64,000 nucleotides of DNA from a virus. The stretch lies in the IMG/VR virus record IMGVR_UViG_3300009506_000011, positions 1-64,000 of that record; one strand, 5' to 3'. Below the pieces are notes generated by a model that was given only the letters and a program-made list of their open reading frames with translations, searched no databases and had not been told where the DNA came from. A program made the position numbers and the translations under genes. Below, piece after piece: positions 28,761 through 38,318 of the stretch; the stretch's first letter is position 1; every line of letters starts with the position of its first letter.

Positions 28761-30313
28761 CGATCGAGGCTCGAGCGGTCGAGCGCGCCTTCCCGCTCTA
28801 CGACCTCGGCGCGCTCGAGGCGGAGATGCTCGCCAACTTCAGGGTGGGACTCCGCGAGCTGCCGAACCCAGACACCGGCCTGCCGTTCACAGAGCGCGAG
28901 ATCGCCACCACGACGGCGCGGCTGTCGCGCTACTGGCGCGAGGCGAGGGCGCTGGATCTGGCCCTCCAGGGCGGGCAGCAGCGTGCGCTGTACCTCGCCG
29001 ATCAGAATCGCATCGATCGCTCATCCTCGCTCTATCTCACCTCCCACCACGGGTCGACGTGGGGCGAGGCGCCGCTCGCGGCGGTCGGCGGTAGCGGTCT
29101 CGTCTCCGCCGTGGCCGAGCCGGGTGCGATCTTTCTCGGCAGCACAACGATCCCAGACCCGGGAGCGACGCAGTGCACCCGAAACGGCCTGACCTACCAG
29201 GTCCTCTTCACCGTTGTGACGCCGTTCGGCGGCTCGGCGGAGCTCACGCTGAAAGGCGTGGACACAGGCCAGGAAACGAATCTCAGCCCCGGCGACGTGC
29301 TCCAGTGGTCGGCCAACAAGCCGGGCGGCGCGCAGGCAACGTGCACGGTGACGCAGCAGTTCAGGGGTGGGGCGCCGAAGGAGAGCGCCGGCCAGTTTGC
29401 CAAGCGGCTGCTCGCGCGCATCGCGCACAAGCCAGCAGCGGGCAACGATGCGCAGATGCGAGCCTGGGCGCGCGCCGCGACCGTCGCCGTAGAGGACGCC
29501 TTCGTCTACTCCTGCGCCTTGCATGCCGGAACGACGGTGGTGTGCGTGACACAGAAGCGCGGCGGAGTCCCGGGTCCGGATGGCAGGATCCCATCGATCG
29601 GAACGCTCACGGACGTGACGCTGTACCTCGTACCGCCGGGGTCACCGGTGGTGCCGGCAAACCCGCTGATTCTGGTCACGCTGCCCACCAAAGAGCCGGC
29701 CGCGCTACAGATTGGCCTGTCGCTGCCGTTCGGGCAGGCAGCCGGCTGGAAGGACTTCGAGCCCTGGCCGCCGGCGCTGTGCACCGTGTCCTCGGTCGCC
29801 TCCCCGACGGAGTTTCAGGTGCAGACGCTTTCCTCGCCGCCGGCTGGCGTACCGGCGCTGATGGCCTGGGTGGAGTCCCTGTCCCGGTTTGAGCGGCTGC
29901 AGGTGCAGTCCGTCACCATCGACAGCTTCCCCTTTTTCGACGTGGTGCTGAATGCGGCGCCGACGTCTCCTATTGTCGAGAATCAGGTCATCTCGCCCGC
30001 GCTGTTCACGGACGCCAGGCAGCTGCTCCTGGGCGAGACGATAGAGGCGTACTTCGACAGCCTCGGGCCGGGCGAGGTGGTGAACCTGGCCACCGACACG
30101 CGAGCACACCGAGCCTACCGTTTCCCAGAGCCGAACGAGGAGTATCCCCAGCGCGCCGGCGCGGGCATCCTGGCCTGGCTTCAGGACGCCTTCGGCGCCG
30201 CGCTTGCTGACAGCACAGCAAGCGGCGGCGGCACGCCGCCTATTCCCGCAGACCCCAGCCTCGGACCGGCAATGATGGTGCCGGGCTCCGTCTTTATCTA
30301 CGCGTTGACCTGA
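28757..30313 (+). CDS. baseplate J-like protein (Mu gp47)
   Basis: G..TNL, GGAPKES..QF..RLLARI...PAAGN, WAR...V.DAFVY, GT..V.V. Confidence 0.85.
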   Translation: MTIEARAVERAFPLYDLGALEAEMLANFRVGLRELPNPDTGLPFTEREIATTTARLSRYWREARALDLALQGGQQRALYLADQNRIDRSSSLYLTSHHGSTWGEAPLAAVGGSGLVSAVAEPGAIFLGSTTIPDPGATQCTRNGLTYQVLFTVVTPFGGSAELTLKGVDTGQETNLSPGDVLQWSANKPGGAQATCTVTQQFRGGAPKESAGQFAKRLLARIAHKPAAGNDAQMRAWARAATVAVEDAFVYSCALHAGTTVVCVTQKRGGVPGPDGRIPSIGTLTDVTLYLVPPGSPVVPANPLILVTLPTKEPAALQIGLSLPFGQAAGWKDFEPWPPALCTVSSVASPTEFQVQTLSSPPAGVPALMAWVESLSRFERLQVQSVTIDSFPFFDVVLNAAPTSPIVENQVISPALFTDARQLLLGETIEAYFDSLGPGEVVNLATDTRAHRAYRFPEPNEEYPQRAGAGILAWLQDAFGAALADSTASGGGTPPIPADPSLGPAMMVPGSVFIYALT

Positions 30314-30795
30314 TGGCACTACCCCCCGCACGTCTCACGAAGGGCGATCTCGGCGGCGTCAAAGTCGACGAGGGAACACCGACCAACAACCAGAAGTACC
30401 ACCTCGGCAGGGAGATCAACCTGTCGAATGACCTTGTCGTGGGCATGAACCTCACCACGCCGCGCACTCTGGTGCTGACGGAGTGGGACGATCCGGACAT
30501 GGTCGTGCTGTTCTCCGGCGAAACCTGGGATCCGGAGGAGGCGGCTGTGCCGACCGTCACGCGGCCGACCGGTGCGGGCAAGTACGTCATCGAGTACGCC
30601 GCCAGCTACACGGACTACGACGGCAACGAGATCGCGCCGGCGCTCATCGCCGCAGACGTCGCCATTCAGGATCTCAACACCGCGCTGCGCGCTCGGGCGA
30701 AGGTCCAGGCGGATGGCCGGACCGTCGATGTCTGGATCTGGGACAAGGACACGAACGTCTTCACCGACGCGCGGGTGCTGGTGACGGTGTACTGA
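30313..30795 (+). CDS. hypothetical baseplate/tail protein
   Basis: TGATG coupling on both sides. Confidence 0.6.
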   Translation: MALPPARLTKGDLGGVKVDEGTPTNNQKYHLGREINLSNDLVVGMNLTTPRTLVLTEWDDPDMVVLFSGETWDPEEAAVPTVTRPTGAGKYVIEYAASYTDYDGNEIAPALIAADVAIQDLNTALRARAKVQADGRTVDVWIWDKDTNVFTDARVLVTVY

Positions 30796-31511
30796 TGGGC
30801 AGCCTCAACCCGCTCAACCCGCTGCCGATGCATCTCGGCGGCGATCCGGCCCCGGCTGAGAGGGTCTGGCGCATGCTTCGCAAAGCCCTCGGCCGCACGC
30901 GCCTCGGCCGCGGTCGTGAGGTGGCGGGGCCGGTCGGCGGTATCGAGGATCTCTGGCGGCAGTGCAAGGCCCGCGCGGTGGCCAAGGTCGAGCAGCTCGT
31001 CGAGCTGGCGAGCGAGCAAGCTTGGCCAGACCGCGCAACCGTTCATATCCCGGTCTACGAGGAGCAGCTCCACATCTCGCCCGTGGGCAACGAGGAGCAG
31101 CGCCGGCAGGTCGTCGCGGCGCGCGTGACGAAGCAGCTTTACGCCGTCATCCCGGATCTGCAGCGTGAGCTGCAGGAGATCGATCCGGGTCTCAGCGTGG
31201 TCGTGCCGCCGGCCGAGCAAGCGACGGTTTTCCACCACGGCAAAAGCTACGCCGGCCGGCCCTACAACGGGAGCTACGGCACGCGCTACGCCGCCTACGC
31301 CCCGAACTACAGCACCCACTTCAAGGTGTACGTGCTCTGGAGCGGGCTTCCGAGCGGCCTCCCGGACGAGTACACGCTCGACCGCGTGCGCCGGCACCTG
31401 AACGAGGTGCTGCCGAGCTGGTTCGACTTCGTCATTTCGAACGGCGCGGGCTTCTACCTCGATGGCGGCGTCGACGGGACGAGCCGGCTGGACTTCACCT
31501 CGTTCGACTAG
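30795..31511 (+). CDS. baseplate protein (Mu gp48/gpI-like)
   Basis: WPDRAT..IP.YE..L, RRQ.V.AR, LNEVLPSW. Confidence 0.7.
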   Translation: MGSLNPLNPLPMHLGGDPAPAERVWRMLRKALGRTRLGRGREVAGPVGGIEDLWRQCKARAVAKVEQLVELASEQAWPDRATVHIPVYEEQLHISPVGNEEQRRQVVAARVTKQLYAVIPDLQRELQEIDPGLSVVVPPAEQATVFHHGKSYAGRPYNGSYGTRYAAYAPNYSTHFKVYVLWSGLPSGLPDEYTLDRVRRHLNEVLPSWFDFVISNGAGFYLDGGVDGTSRLDFTSFD

Positions 31512-31519
31512 GAGCAGCG

Positions 31520-32242
31520 ATGGCCAACTTTTCACGCGTCAACCCGCTCGGCTGGGCGATCTACGAGAAGCTCCTCGCGGCGCAGATGAACCAGCTGGAC
31601 ATCAACATGACGCTCGCCGTCAATGGCCAGGGCTCGACCCATACGCCGCTTGAGGACATTGTCCTAAAGGGACCGTTTGGTCTGAGGCTTGAGGACAGCC
31701 AGCTCAAGTACGAGGACGATCGAGTCGTGCCCCGGCGGCAGCCGATGAACGGCGCCATCTTCGACAGCGGCGAGTGGGAGTGGTCCGTTAATGGGGTGCA
31801 GCTGCGCCAAGGCAGCACGGCTGATAGCGGAGCATGGCTGCGGCTTTACCTCACCAATCTGCCGGACGGCGGCAAGCTCACGTCGGTCACGGTGTCTTGG
31901 GATGGCCCATCCGGTCACAGCGCCGATCCAATCCTCGGCCCAGGGCCCCCGCCGTTCCTGATCGATTTGCCGCGGCTCGAAGTGTATCGCGCCGCGCAGG
32001 ACGGCACTGTCTATTCTCTCGGTGTTGCGATCGACAACGTGGTCACGCGCGCTCTCTATCAGGAGTCACACGAGATCACGGTCACATGCGGCGACCACGT
32101 CATCGACCTCGTCAACAACGCCTACTACATCCGCTTTCGGGGCGAGTATGATCCGAGCCCACCGTTTGGCGACTTCCTGCCGTTCGGTCTCCTAGAGGCC
32201 ATCAAAACGAGCTGCAAGGTGTCAGCTCAAAGCGAGTACTGA
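31520..32242 (+). CDS. tail fibre / baseplate-distal protein
   Basis: N-terminus FSRVNPLGW...L.A.QMNQLD.N; follows the gp48-like gene. Confidence 0.6.
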   Translation: MANFSRVNPLGWAIYEKLLAAQMNQLDINMTLAVNGQGSTHTPLEDIVLKGPFGLRLEDSQLKYEDDRVVPRRQPMNGAIFDSGEWEWSVNGVQLRQGSTADSGAWLRLYLTNLPDGGKLTSVTVSWDGPSGHSADPILGPGPPPFLIDLPRLEVYRAAQDGTVYSLGVAIDNVVTRALYQESHEITVTCGDHVIDLVNNAYYIRFRGEYDPSPPFGDFLPFGLLEAIKTSCKVSAQSEY

Positions 32243-32613
32243 TGAGATATCTGCCGTTCATCCTGTTGGTCGGCTGCTTGGCCGAGCTGAGCGTGTCCGA
32301 CGAGCGAGCGCTCGATTGGAGCGACTGCAAGCGGTCAGAAGAGCCATGCCCAGCGCACGGCATCGCCTACGAATGCGACGCTGCGGTGGAGATCCCGGAG
32401 CACTGCGACTGGCTCGGCCAGCTCGTCTGCTGCGAGTACCTGCCGCCCGTCGACGTGTCGCTGCCGGCGCCTCCGATCGAGTGCGAGCGGCTGGACGACC
32501 CGGAGCACAAGCTCTGCCCCGTCGGCATCGCTCACACGTGTCGCGTGCTGCCGCCGCACTGCCAGTGGTCCGAGTCGGGACCGCCGGTGGCGTGCTGCAT
32601 GCCGCTGATCTAG
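32242..32613 (+). CDS. Cys-rich lipoprotein with two internal repeats
   Basis: Lipobox LVGC; CP..GIA..C...P.HC.W....CC x2. Confidence 0.65.
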   Translation: MRYLPFILLVGCLAELSVSDERALDWSDCKRSEEPCPAHGIAYECDAAVEIPEHCDWLGQLVCCEYLPPVDVSLPAPPIECERLDDPEHKLCPVGIAHTCRVLPPHCQWSESGPPVACCMPLI

Positions 32614-32924
32614 TCCACGGGCGCGACGTAGCAGAGCCGTCCGTGCACGCGGATCTCCCCGCTGCCGTCGCGGCGGTAGGCCGCGCTGGATGCCTCCTCT
32701 TGGCTCCGCGTCGCAGGACCAAGCGGCTCGTGCGTCGCGGCGTCGTAGAGGGTGCGCTCGATTCCAAGGCTGGCCGACAGCGCGCGGCGCAGCTCCGGGA
32801 TGCTGAGCCGCCGGCCTGACATGTGGCGGATGGTGAGGTGCATCTCGGCGAGCACGGCCACCCACTGCTCGGCCTCCAGCACGGTCACGTCCGCCATCTC
32901 GCGCTTCGTGACACGTGAGCTCAT
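32610..32924 (-). CDS. hypothetical protein
   Basis: MSSRVTKRE... within the early operon. Confidence 0.4.
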   Translation of the reverse strand: MSSRVTKREMADVTVLEAEQWVAVLAEMHLTIRHMSGRRLSIPELRRALSASLGIERTLYDAATHEPLGPATRSQEEASSAAYRRDGSGEIRVHGRLCYVAPVD

Positions 32925-33099
32925 TTCCCCACCTTGCTCGCCGGCAGGTTGTGCAACGGCAGCTCGAGGCCGCGCTCGGTCATCTCGGGACACAGCCGAC
33001 GCTGGCAACACCAGCACGTGACCTCGTGCTTGGTCGCCTCGGCGGCCGACGCGCAGCCGACCGCCGAGGGTTCGATGGGGATCCGCGATCCTGGGCAGG

Positions 33100-33534
33100 T
33101 CATCCGTCGACTCCGTGTAGTCGACCGTCGATCGTCTCGCCGAGGTAGTCGACGCGCTCCATGTTGCCATCGTCGTCATACCAGACCAACTCGTGAGCGA
33201 TATGGAAGCTCTTGCGCAGGATTTTCTGTCCTGCGGTCCTCATTGGGCCGCCGTAGATAATGGCGTGTCGCACCATCGCCGGTGTCACTGTCTCGTAATG
33301 CGGCACCGTGAAATACCGGTGGCGTACCCTGGTTCGCGGGGCGCCGGTCGCCGAACGGCCCCGACGATGCCGGCCACACCGGAGCATCCCCTTGCCGGGG
33401 CGATTCTCGCAGCCGCACATCCATTTGGCGGTCGGCCGCTCGCTTTCAGGGATCGTCCAATAGCCAGGCTCGTGCTCGTCCCACTCATGGTGATCGCCGG
33501 GCTGGTGGGGCCGCTCCAGGCTGCAGCAGGTCAT
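33100..33534 (-). CDS. hypothetical protein
   Basis: ATGA-coupled chain. Confidence 0.45.
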   Translation of the reverse strand: MTCCSLERPHQPGDHHEWDEHEPGYWTIPESERPTAKWMCGCENRPGKGMLRCGRHRRGRSATGAPRTRVRHRYFTVPHYETVTPAMVRHAIIYGGPMRTAGQKILRKSFHIAHELVWYDDDGNMERVDYLGETIDGRLHGVDG

Positions 33535-34038
33535 TGGCCGGCCTCGGCCAGAGCGTCCACGATCAGGACGACGGCTCGCACGTAGGCGCCGCCGTCGCCA
33601 GCGAGTGCGAGCCGGCAGGTCTCCACCAGCGCAACGTCGCAGTGCTCGGCCGCCTCCTGCTGCAGCGCTGTGATGCGGTCGTGGTCAATCGCCTCGGGGT
33701 CGAAGTCTCCGGCGTACCAGAGCGAGTAGAGCGACGAGGCGCTGCGTCGCCGGGCGCTATCCGTGGGGAGGCGCCAGCCGAAATCGAGGTGAGCGGCGCC
33801 GAGCTCGGCGACCGTCTCCCCGGTGCTGAGGTACGCCTCCCCAGTCTCCTCGGCGTACCAGGCGTAGCGACCGTCGGCGCAGCGCTTCGCGGCGAGAACC
33901 TCGACGCCGCGAGCGAGCGCCGCCTCAAAGGGACCGGTCCACTCGGCGGTGAGCTCCGCGTCCGTGTCAGGATCGCAGTAGGCGTAGGTCAGGGTTACGA
34001 CGCGGCTTGGCCGCAATGCCAGCTCGAGGGTCAGCATG
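33531..34038 (-). CDS. hypothetical protein
   Basis: MLTLELAL..., coupled; start approximate. Confidence 0.5.
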
Positions 34039-34492
34039 ACGTCCAACCTCCGTCGGCGTGAACCCATCCGCGCCGGCGCTCACCGTCGAAAACCTCGCCG
34101 TCGTAGCCGAGCTCAGCCGCGCGCGCGGCCGCGTCCTCGACGGAGCCAAAGCGCTCGTCGCTCACATCCGGCGGCGGCGCCTCGTCGTCCGGTGACGAGG
34201 TGAGCGTGAGCGCCAGGGGCAGGAGCACCACCCAGGCGTCCGGCTCACGCTGGTAGAGATCCTCGGCCATGGCATTGACCAGCTCGGCAATCTCATCGTT
34301 AGCAGCGACGCCGAAGCCATCGACCCAGCTGCGATCGGTTTCGCGGCCGACTTCAACGGTGACATCGGGCCAGCGCGCCTTGATGCGCCGCTCCAGCTCC
34401 ACGCAAAAGCGCGTGTGCGACGCCTCCAGGTCGACGCCGTCCCAGCCGTCGCCGTAAAGTGAGTCTTGCAGCTGTCCGTAGAAAATATTCAT
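34031..34492 (-). CDS. hypothetical acidic protein
   Basis: GGAG Shine-Dalgarno downstream of hammerhead 1. Confidence 0.6.
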   Translation of the reverse strand: MNIFYGQLQDSLYGDGWDGVDLEASHTRFCVELERRIKARWPDVTVEVGRETDRSWVDGFGVAANDEIAELVNAMAEDLYQREPDAWVVLLPLALTLTSSPDDEAPPPDVSDERFGSVEDAAARAAELGYDGEVFDGERRRGWVHADGGWTSC

Positions 34493-34516
34493 CGTATTCT
34501 CCTGCGGAGGGCGGCT

Positions 34517-34571
34517 CCGCGTGCCTCGTCAGCGCCGGCGCGACCCGGCGGACGCCTCACGGCGTTTCGGC
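34517..34571 (-). ncRNA. type II hammerhead ribozyme (HH1)
   Basis: GCC-GAAA-CGCC(GUGA)GGCG-UC-CGCCGG(GUCGCG)CCGGCG-CUGACGA-GGC-A-CGCGG; complete core with possible pseudoknot. Confidence 0.9.
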
Positions 34572-34634
34572 TCTTTCGAGTGTCACGGCTTTCGCCGGCC
34601 TATGGCATGGCACACCTCCTCTCCTGTGTCCCCC

Positions 34635-35183
34635 TCACACAATGCGCTGCACGACGTCGTAGCTGACGCACGCCAGCGCGGCGATCTCGTAGCGCGTATA
34701 GCCTGCCTCGTGCAGGCAGCGGACCATCTTCTGTTGCCGAGCCGACAGCGTACCGGGGCGGCCGGTGCGCACGATCCGCCGGCCGTCCGGTCCGCGCAGC
34801 ACTCGGATGTGCCGCCGGCCAGGCCGCGCCGGTCCGAGCTCCACGTAGCCGTGCCGCTCCAACGTTTGGAGGTGCGCCATGATCTGGCCATCTCCGGCTA
34901 CCTGCAGCTGCTCGGCCAACTCACTCAGCGACGGCGAGCGACCGGCGCGCCGCTGGTACTCGATCACCAGCTCGAGCAGCTGCCGCCGGCGCTCACTCAG
35001 TGGCCGCTTCGGCGCGAAGGTGTCCGGCCGCACCAGGGTGATCGTGGAGCCGCACCGGCAGTTTCGCTGCTCGGCTACCTCGCCAGCATCGAGCAGCTCG
35101 GGGTCGACAGCGCCGACGAGCGGCAGCCGGCGCCACGCTGCGCGGCTGTAGGAGGCTCCGCAGGAGCACGTCACGGCGCTCAC
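34635..35183 (-). CDS. LexA-type DNA-binding domain protein without peptidase domain, plus a second HTH
   Basis: LSERRRQLLELV..Y....GRSPSLSELAEQL...HL..LE..GY; start approximate. Confidence 0.7.
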   Translation of the reverse strand: MSAVTCSCGASYSRAAWRRLPLVGAVDPELLDAGEVAEQRNCRCGSTITLVRPDTFAPKRPLSERRRQLLELVIEYQRRAGRSPSLSELAEQLQVAGDGQIMAHLQTLERHGYVELGPARPGRRHIRVLRGPDGRRIVRTGRPGTLSARQQKMVRCLHEAGYTRYEIAALACVSYDVVQRIV

Positions 35184-35427
35184 GCTGTCGCCTCGTAAAT
35201 AGCTCGCACGCGGCGCCAAGTCCGCTGCGTGATGCGGCCGCCGTCGCCGTCGCGATAGAACCGACGGTAGCTACCGTCGGCACGCAGCACGCCAGCGTAG
35301 CCGTGCTCGCGCGCGTATCGGCGCGCATTCGACCACGGCGATCGGCCGCCGCCACGCCAGTCGGCCAGGACCCGGATCGCGCCGGTGCGTCGCACGGTGA
35401 TGGTGATATCGATGTCGTCGCTCATGC

Positions 35428-35883
35428 TCACTCCGCTGCGGCAGCTACGAGCTGCCGTGCAAAAGGCGCGTCCTGTGCGCCGAGGTAATCTCGCCAGGTG
35501 TCGTCCGCGGTGGGGTAGTCCTCGCTCGAATAGGCCAGGTCGTCGAGCAGGCGACCGTACTGCGCAGCGGCGGCGACCACGGCGCGCCAGGTAGCGCCGT
35601 CGGCAATCACGCGGTAGCCGGTCACGATCCACCGCACCGCGTACTCGTCGCGGTCCGGCTCGGGACTGAGGCGGCCGCTCAGCTCGACCAGCTGGTCGCC
35701 GTCCTGCACCGCCATCGAGTAGTAGCGCGTGTAGCGCGCCAGCTCGAGCAGGCTGGTGCACGCGCTCACGCCGAGCGGCTGCGTGGCCGAGGACTCGTCG
35801 TCCGCGGTCCAGCCGTCAGGACGGTGCGGATCGAGCATCGTGGCGAGCGGCTCGCCAGCGGGGTGGATGCGATAGGCAATCAC
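35428..35883 (-). CDS. hypothetical protein
   Basis: GTG start overlapping the upstream stop. Confidence 0.5.
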   Translation of the reverse strand: MIAYRIHPAGEPLATMLDPHRPDGWTADDESSATQPLGVSACTSLLELARYTRYYSMAVQDGDQLVELSGRLSPEPDRDEYAVRWIVTGYRVIADGATWRAVVAAAAQYGRLLDDLAYSSEDYPTADDTWRDYLGAQDAPFARQLVAAAAE

Positions 35884-36029
35884 GACTGCACCTGCCTGCG
35901 ACCGATGAGCTTGCCGCTCGGACCTACCTCGGCGCGGTAGAGCTTGCCACCGCGACGATAGGTCACTACGGTGCCTACGCGCGCGGAGGAGTAGCGGTTG
36001 GAGCGGTCGGTTTTGCTGTTGTGTGCCAT
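35880..36029 (-). CDS. small basic hypothetical protein (49 aa)
   Basis: MAHNSKTDR..., directly after a sigma54 motif; hand-translated. Confidence 0.45.
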   Translation of the reverse strand: MAHNSKTDRSNRYSSARVGTVVTYRRGGKLYRAEVGPSGKLIGRRQVQS

Positions 36030-36040
36030 GCCAGCCTAAT

Positions 36041-36057
36041 GTGCACGATCTATGCCA
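36041..36057 (-). promoter_or_regulatory. sigma54 (-24/-12) promoter
   Basis: TGGCATAGATCGTGCAC (GG-N10-GC). Confidence 0.65.
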
Positions 36058-36071
36058 GATGTTCGAGTCGT

Positions 36072-36087
36072 TGGCATAGCACGTGCC
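36072..36087 (+). promoter_or_regulatory. sigma54 (-24/-12) promoter
   Basis: TGGCATAGCACGTGCC. Confidence 0.55.
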
Positions 36088-36100
36088 CAAGGCCACCAAT

Positions 36101-36391
36101 ATGATTTTTGCAGCAGCCATTGAGGCGGCGCAGCGTGAGCTAGCGCTGCGATATTACGACGATCCTGGACGCGAACCTGCGCCGGTGGAGCTGGCGCTTG
36201 AGCAGCAGCTGCTCGGCCTGCAGCGGCTCGCGACACTGTACCGCCGGCACCGGCACGATCCGGAGGCTGTAACAGCGGCGCTCGGCCTCACGGCAGCGGC
36301 GCTGCAATTACACTCACAGTGTAGAGCGCAAATCCTGCACGCGGTTTGCGCAGTCCGGCAGCTGCTAAATGCGCGGAACCTGGCGAGCTAG
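36101..36391 (+). CDS. hypothetical protein
   Basis: ATG shortly after a sigma54 motif. Confidence 0.4.
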   Translation: MIFAAAIEAAQRELALRYYDDPGREPAPVELALEQQLLGLQRLATLYRRHRHDPEAVTAALGLTAAALQLHSQCRAQILHAVCAVRQLLNARNLAS

Positions 36392-36519
36392 CCATGCCAC
36401 GGTCGGCGTTCAAGCGGTCAACGCGCAATTCTTGCACCTGAACGCGGCGCCGGTGCAGGAATTGCGCGCAGCTCATAGCGCGCTATGCGACTTTCAGCAG
36501 GTTTTCGCAGCTGGATAGT

Positions 36520-36535
36520 TGGCACGGAACGTGCA
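36520..36535 (+). promoter_or_regulatory. sigma54 (-24/-12) promoter
   Basis: TGGCACGGAACGTGCA. Confidence 0.7.
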
Positions 36536-36547
36536 AAATCGCCTGGC

Positions 36548-36973
36548 ATGCGACTTTACCTCTACGACATCGATACCTGCGAAGAGCTGGCTTCCTACGC
36601 GCTGGACGGCACCAGCGAAGCTGGAATCTACAACGGCCGCCGCTACATGGACACGTGCCTCGGCTACACGATTCGCGAAGGCCGGAAGGTACGCGTCCTC
36701 CGCGCGGAGGACTTCAGCGGCCGCCGGATCGTCGCCAAGGATTGGTCGCCGTGCACTGGCGATGGCCGGCGGCGGCCTGGCGGCTGGAGCGAGTGGACGC
36801 TGCTCGTCAGCCGTGAGCGCGGCTGGCAAGGCAACGAGGCTGACGTGCCTGGCGGCACGCCGCACGCGGAGCTACCACCGCGCCTGCAGCAGCTGCTGGC
36901 TCGCGTGAAGCGCGAGAACGCCAAGCGCGGCCGAGCCTATCGGCGCGCCGTAGCCGAGGCGGTGGCGGCGTGA
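36548..36973 (+). CDS. hypothetical protein
   Basis: MRLYLYDID..., leaderless after a sigma54 motif. Confidence 0.55.
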   Translation: MRLYLYDIDTCEELASYALDGTSEAGIYNGRRYMDTCLGYTIREGRKVRVLRAEDFSGRRIVAKDWSPCTGDGRRRPGGWSEWTLLVSRERGWQGNEADVPGGTPHAELPPRLQQLLARVKRENAKRGRAYRRAVAEAVAA

Positions 36974-37200
36974 GGACCGCCTACCTGAACGTGCTGGTGT
37001 CGCCAGCTGGCCAAGCTGTCGAAGCCAACGTGAGCCGGCATCCGGCGGCGGAGCTGCCGCCGGTGCGGTACCGCACCGGCATTCACCGGCACCGGCTGGT
37101 GTTGGTGCTGGAAGGCCGGACGCTGCTCGACGCGCACGAGGCTGCCTTGCGCGCCTGCCAATCGACCGAGCTAGCGTGGCTGCTGCCACTGCTCGGATGA
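36970..37200 (+). CDS. hypothetical protein
   Basis: GTGA overlap. Confidence 0.5.
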   Translation: MRTAYLNVLVSPAGQAVEANVSRHPAAELPPVRYRTGIHRHRLVLVLEGRTLLDAHEAALRACQSTELAWLLPLLG

Positions 37201-37201
37201 C

Positions 37202-37255
37202 GCCGAAACGCCGTGAGGCGTCCGCCGGTCGCGCCGGCGCTGACGAGGCACGCGG
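37202..37255 (+). ncRNA. type II hammerhead ribozyme (HH2)
   Basis: Near-identical to HH1; predicted cleavage after C37222; starts right after a stop codon. Confidence 0.9.
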
Positions 37256-37292
37256 AGTCGCACTCCGCACTCCGCCCACCGAAAGAAACACC

Positions 37293-38318
37293 ATGAAGAT
37301 CCGAGTTATCGTAGACCAGAAAACCGCACTCCGAGAAGGCATCGACGCGCCGACGAGCGCCTGCCTGATCGATATCGATCCTGCCGAGCTGACGGAGGAG
37401 GAGCGCGAGGTGCTCGCGTCCCTGCTCGCGTCCAACCACGACACCACCGCGTCGACACTGCAGGCCGCGTACGGTCAGTACCGCCATCTCGAGGTGGTGT
37501 CGCAGGACCTCGGCGGACTTCGGCGCGGCCTCGCCGATCTGATCGCCTGGCGTGACCAGGTGCAGGCCGAGTGCATCGAGAAGCGTCGCGAAGCGGACGA
37601 TCGGATCGACGCCGCCATTGCAAACCCGCCGCCGCCGCGCCGGCAGCTGGTCCGGCTGTCCGGCGGCGGCGTCATCGACGCCTACAGCGAGGACGAGACC
37701 ACGATGGCGCTGGAGCTGCCGAGCGCGCCGGCGCCCGGCTACCTGCCTCACGCCTCCGAGGAGGCGCAGGAGCGGCTGTCGGCCGCGCGGCGCGCTGTCG
37801 ACTTGGAGGAGGCGCGGCTGCGCGAGGCTGCGCGACCGGAGCTTGAGCGGCTCGTCGCCGCTCGCGACGAGAAGCGCCGTCTCGCCGAGGAGGCGAAGCA
37901 GGCCGAGTACAACGCCGTCTACCAGCGCCTGCCGGTGATCCTGCGCGAGCGGCACAGAGCCGGCTACGCCTCTCCTGGCGAGGTCCGACTTGCCTTCCAG
38001 CAGCAGGTGCTGGCCGACACTGGCCAGGAGCTGGATCCTTGGTGCACGGCCGAAAATGCCAGCTCCGGAGAGCTGGCATGGCTGAGCAACGACGAGTTCC
38101 TCGCGCTCCAGCGCGCTCGCGCGGCTGCGCCTCCCGGCGCCACAGTGACGCCGGCGCTGATTTGGCTGAGCGAGCGGAGGCCAGCCACCGAGGCGGAGCT
38201 CGACGACGACCTGGCCGACGAGGACGACGAGATCGAGGAGCGCATCGACGAGAGGCGCGTGTTTCTCGTGCGGTGGACGGTCGGCGGCGTGCCGATCACC
38301 GCCGTCGTGCCCATGTAG
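37293..38318 (+). CDS. hypothetical protein (coiled-coil)
   Basis: MKIRVIVDQK..., 341 aa, flanked by HH2 and HH3. Confidence 0.65.
   Translation: MKIRVIVDQKTALREGIDAPTSACLIDIDPAELTEEEREVLASLLASNHDTTASTLQAAYGQYRHLEVVSQDLGGLRRGLADLIAWRDQVQAECIEKRREADDRIDAAIANPPPPRRQLVRLSGGGVIDAYSEDETTMALELPSAPAPGYLPHASEEAQERLSAARRAVDLEEARLREAARPELERLVAARDEKRRLAEEAKQAEYNAVYQRLPVILRERHRAGYASPGEVRLAFQQQVLADTGQELDPWCTAENASSGELAWLSNDEFLALQRARAAAPPGATVTPALIWLSERRPATEAELDDDLADEDDEIEERIDERRVFLVRWTVGGVPITAVVPM

Noticed and set aside
36803-36812. Additional CTGACGAG hammerhead core on the minus strand
   Set aside because: No GAAA partner or stems; lies inside a coding region.
34517-37255. Inverted repeats as ends of an invertible segment or transposon
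   Set aside because: No recombinase or transposase nearby; the repeat limits match the ribozyme structure.
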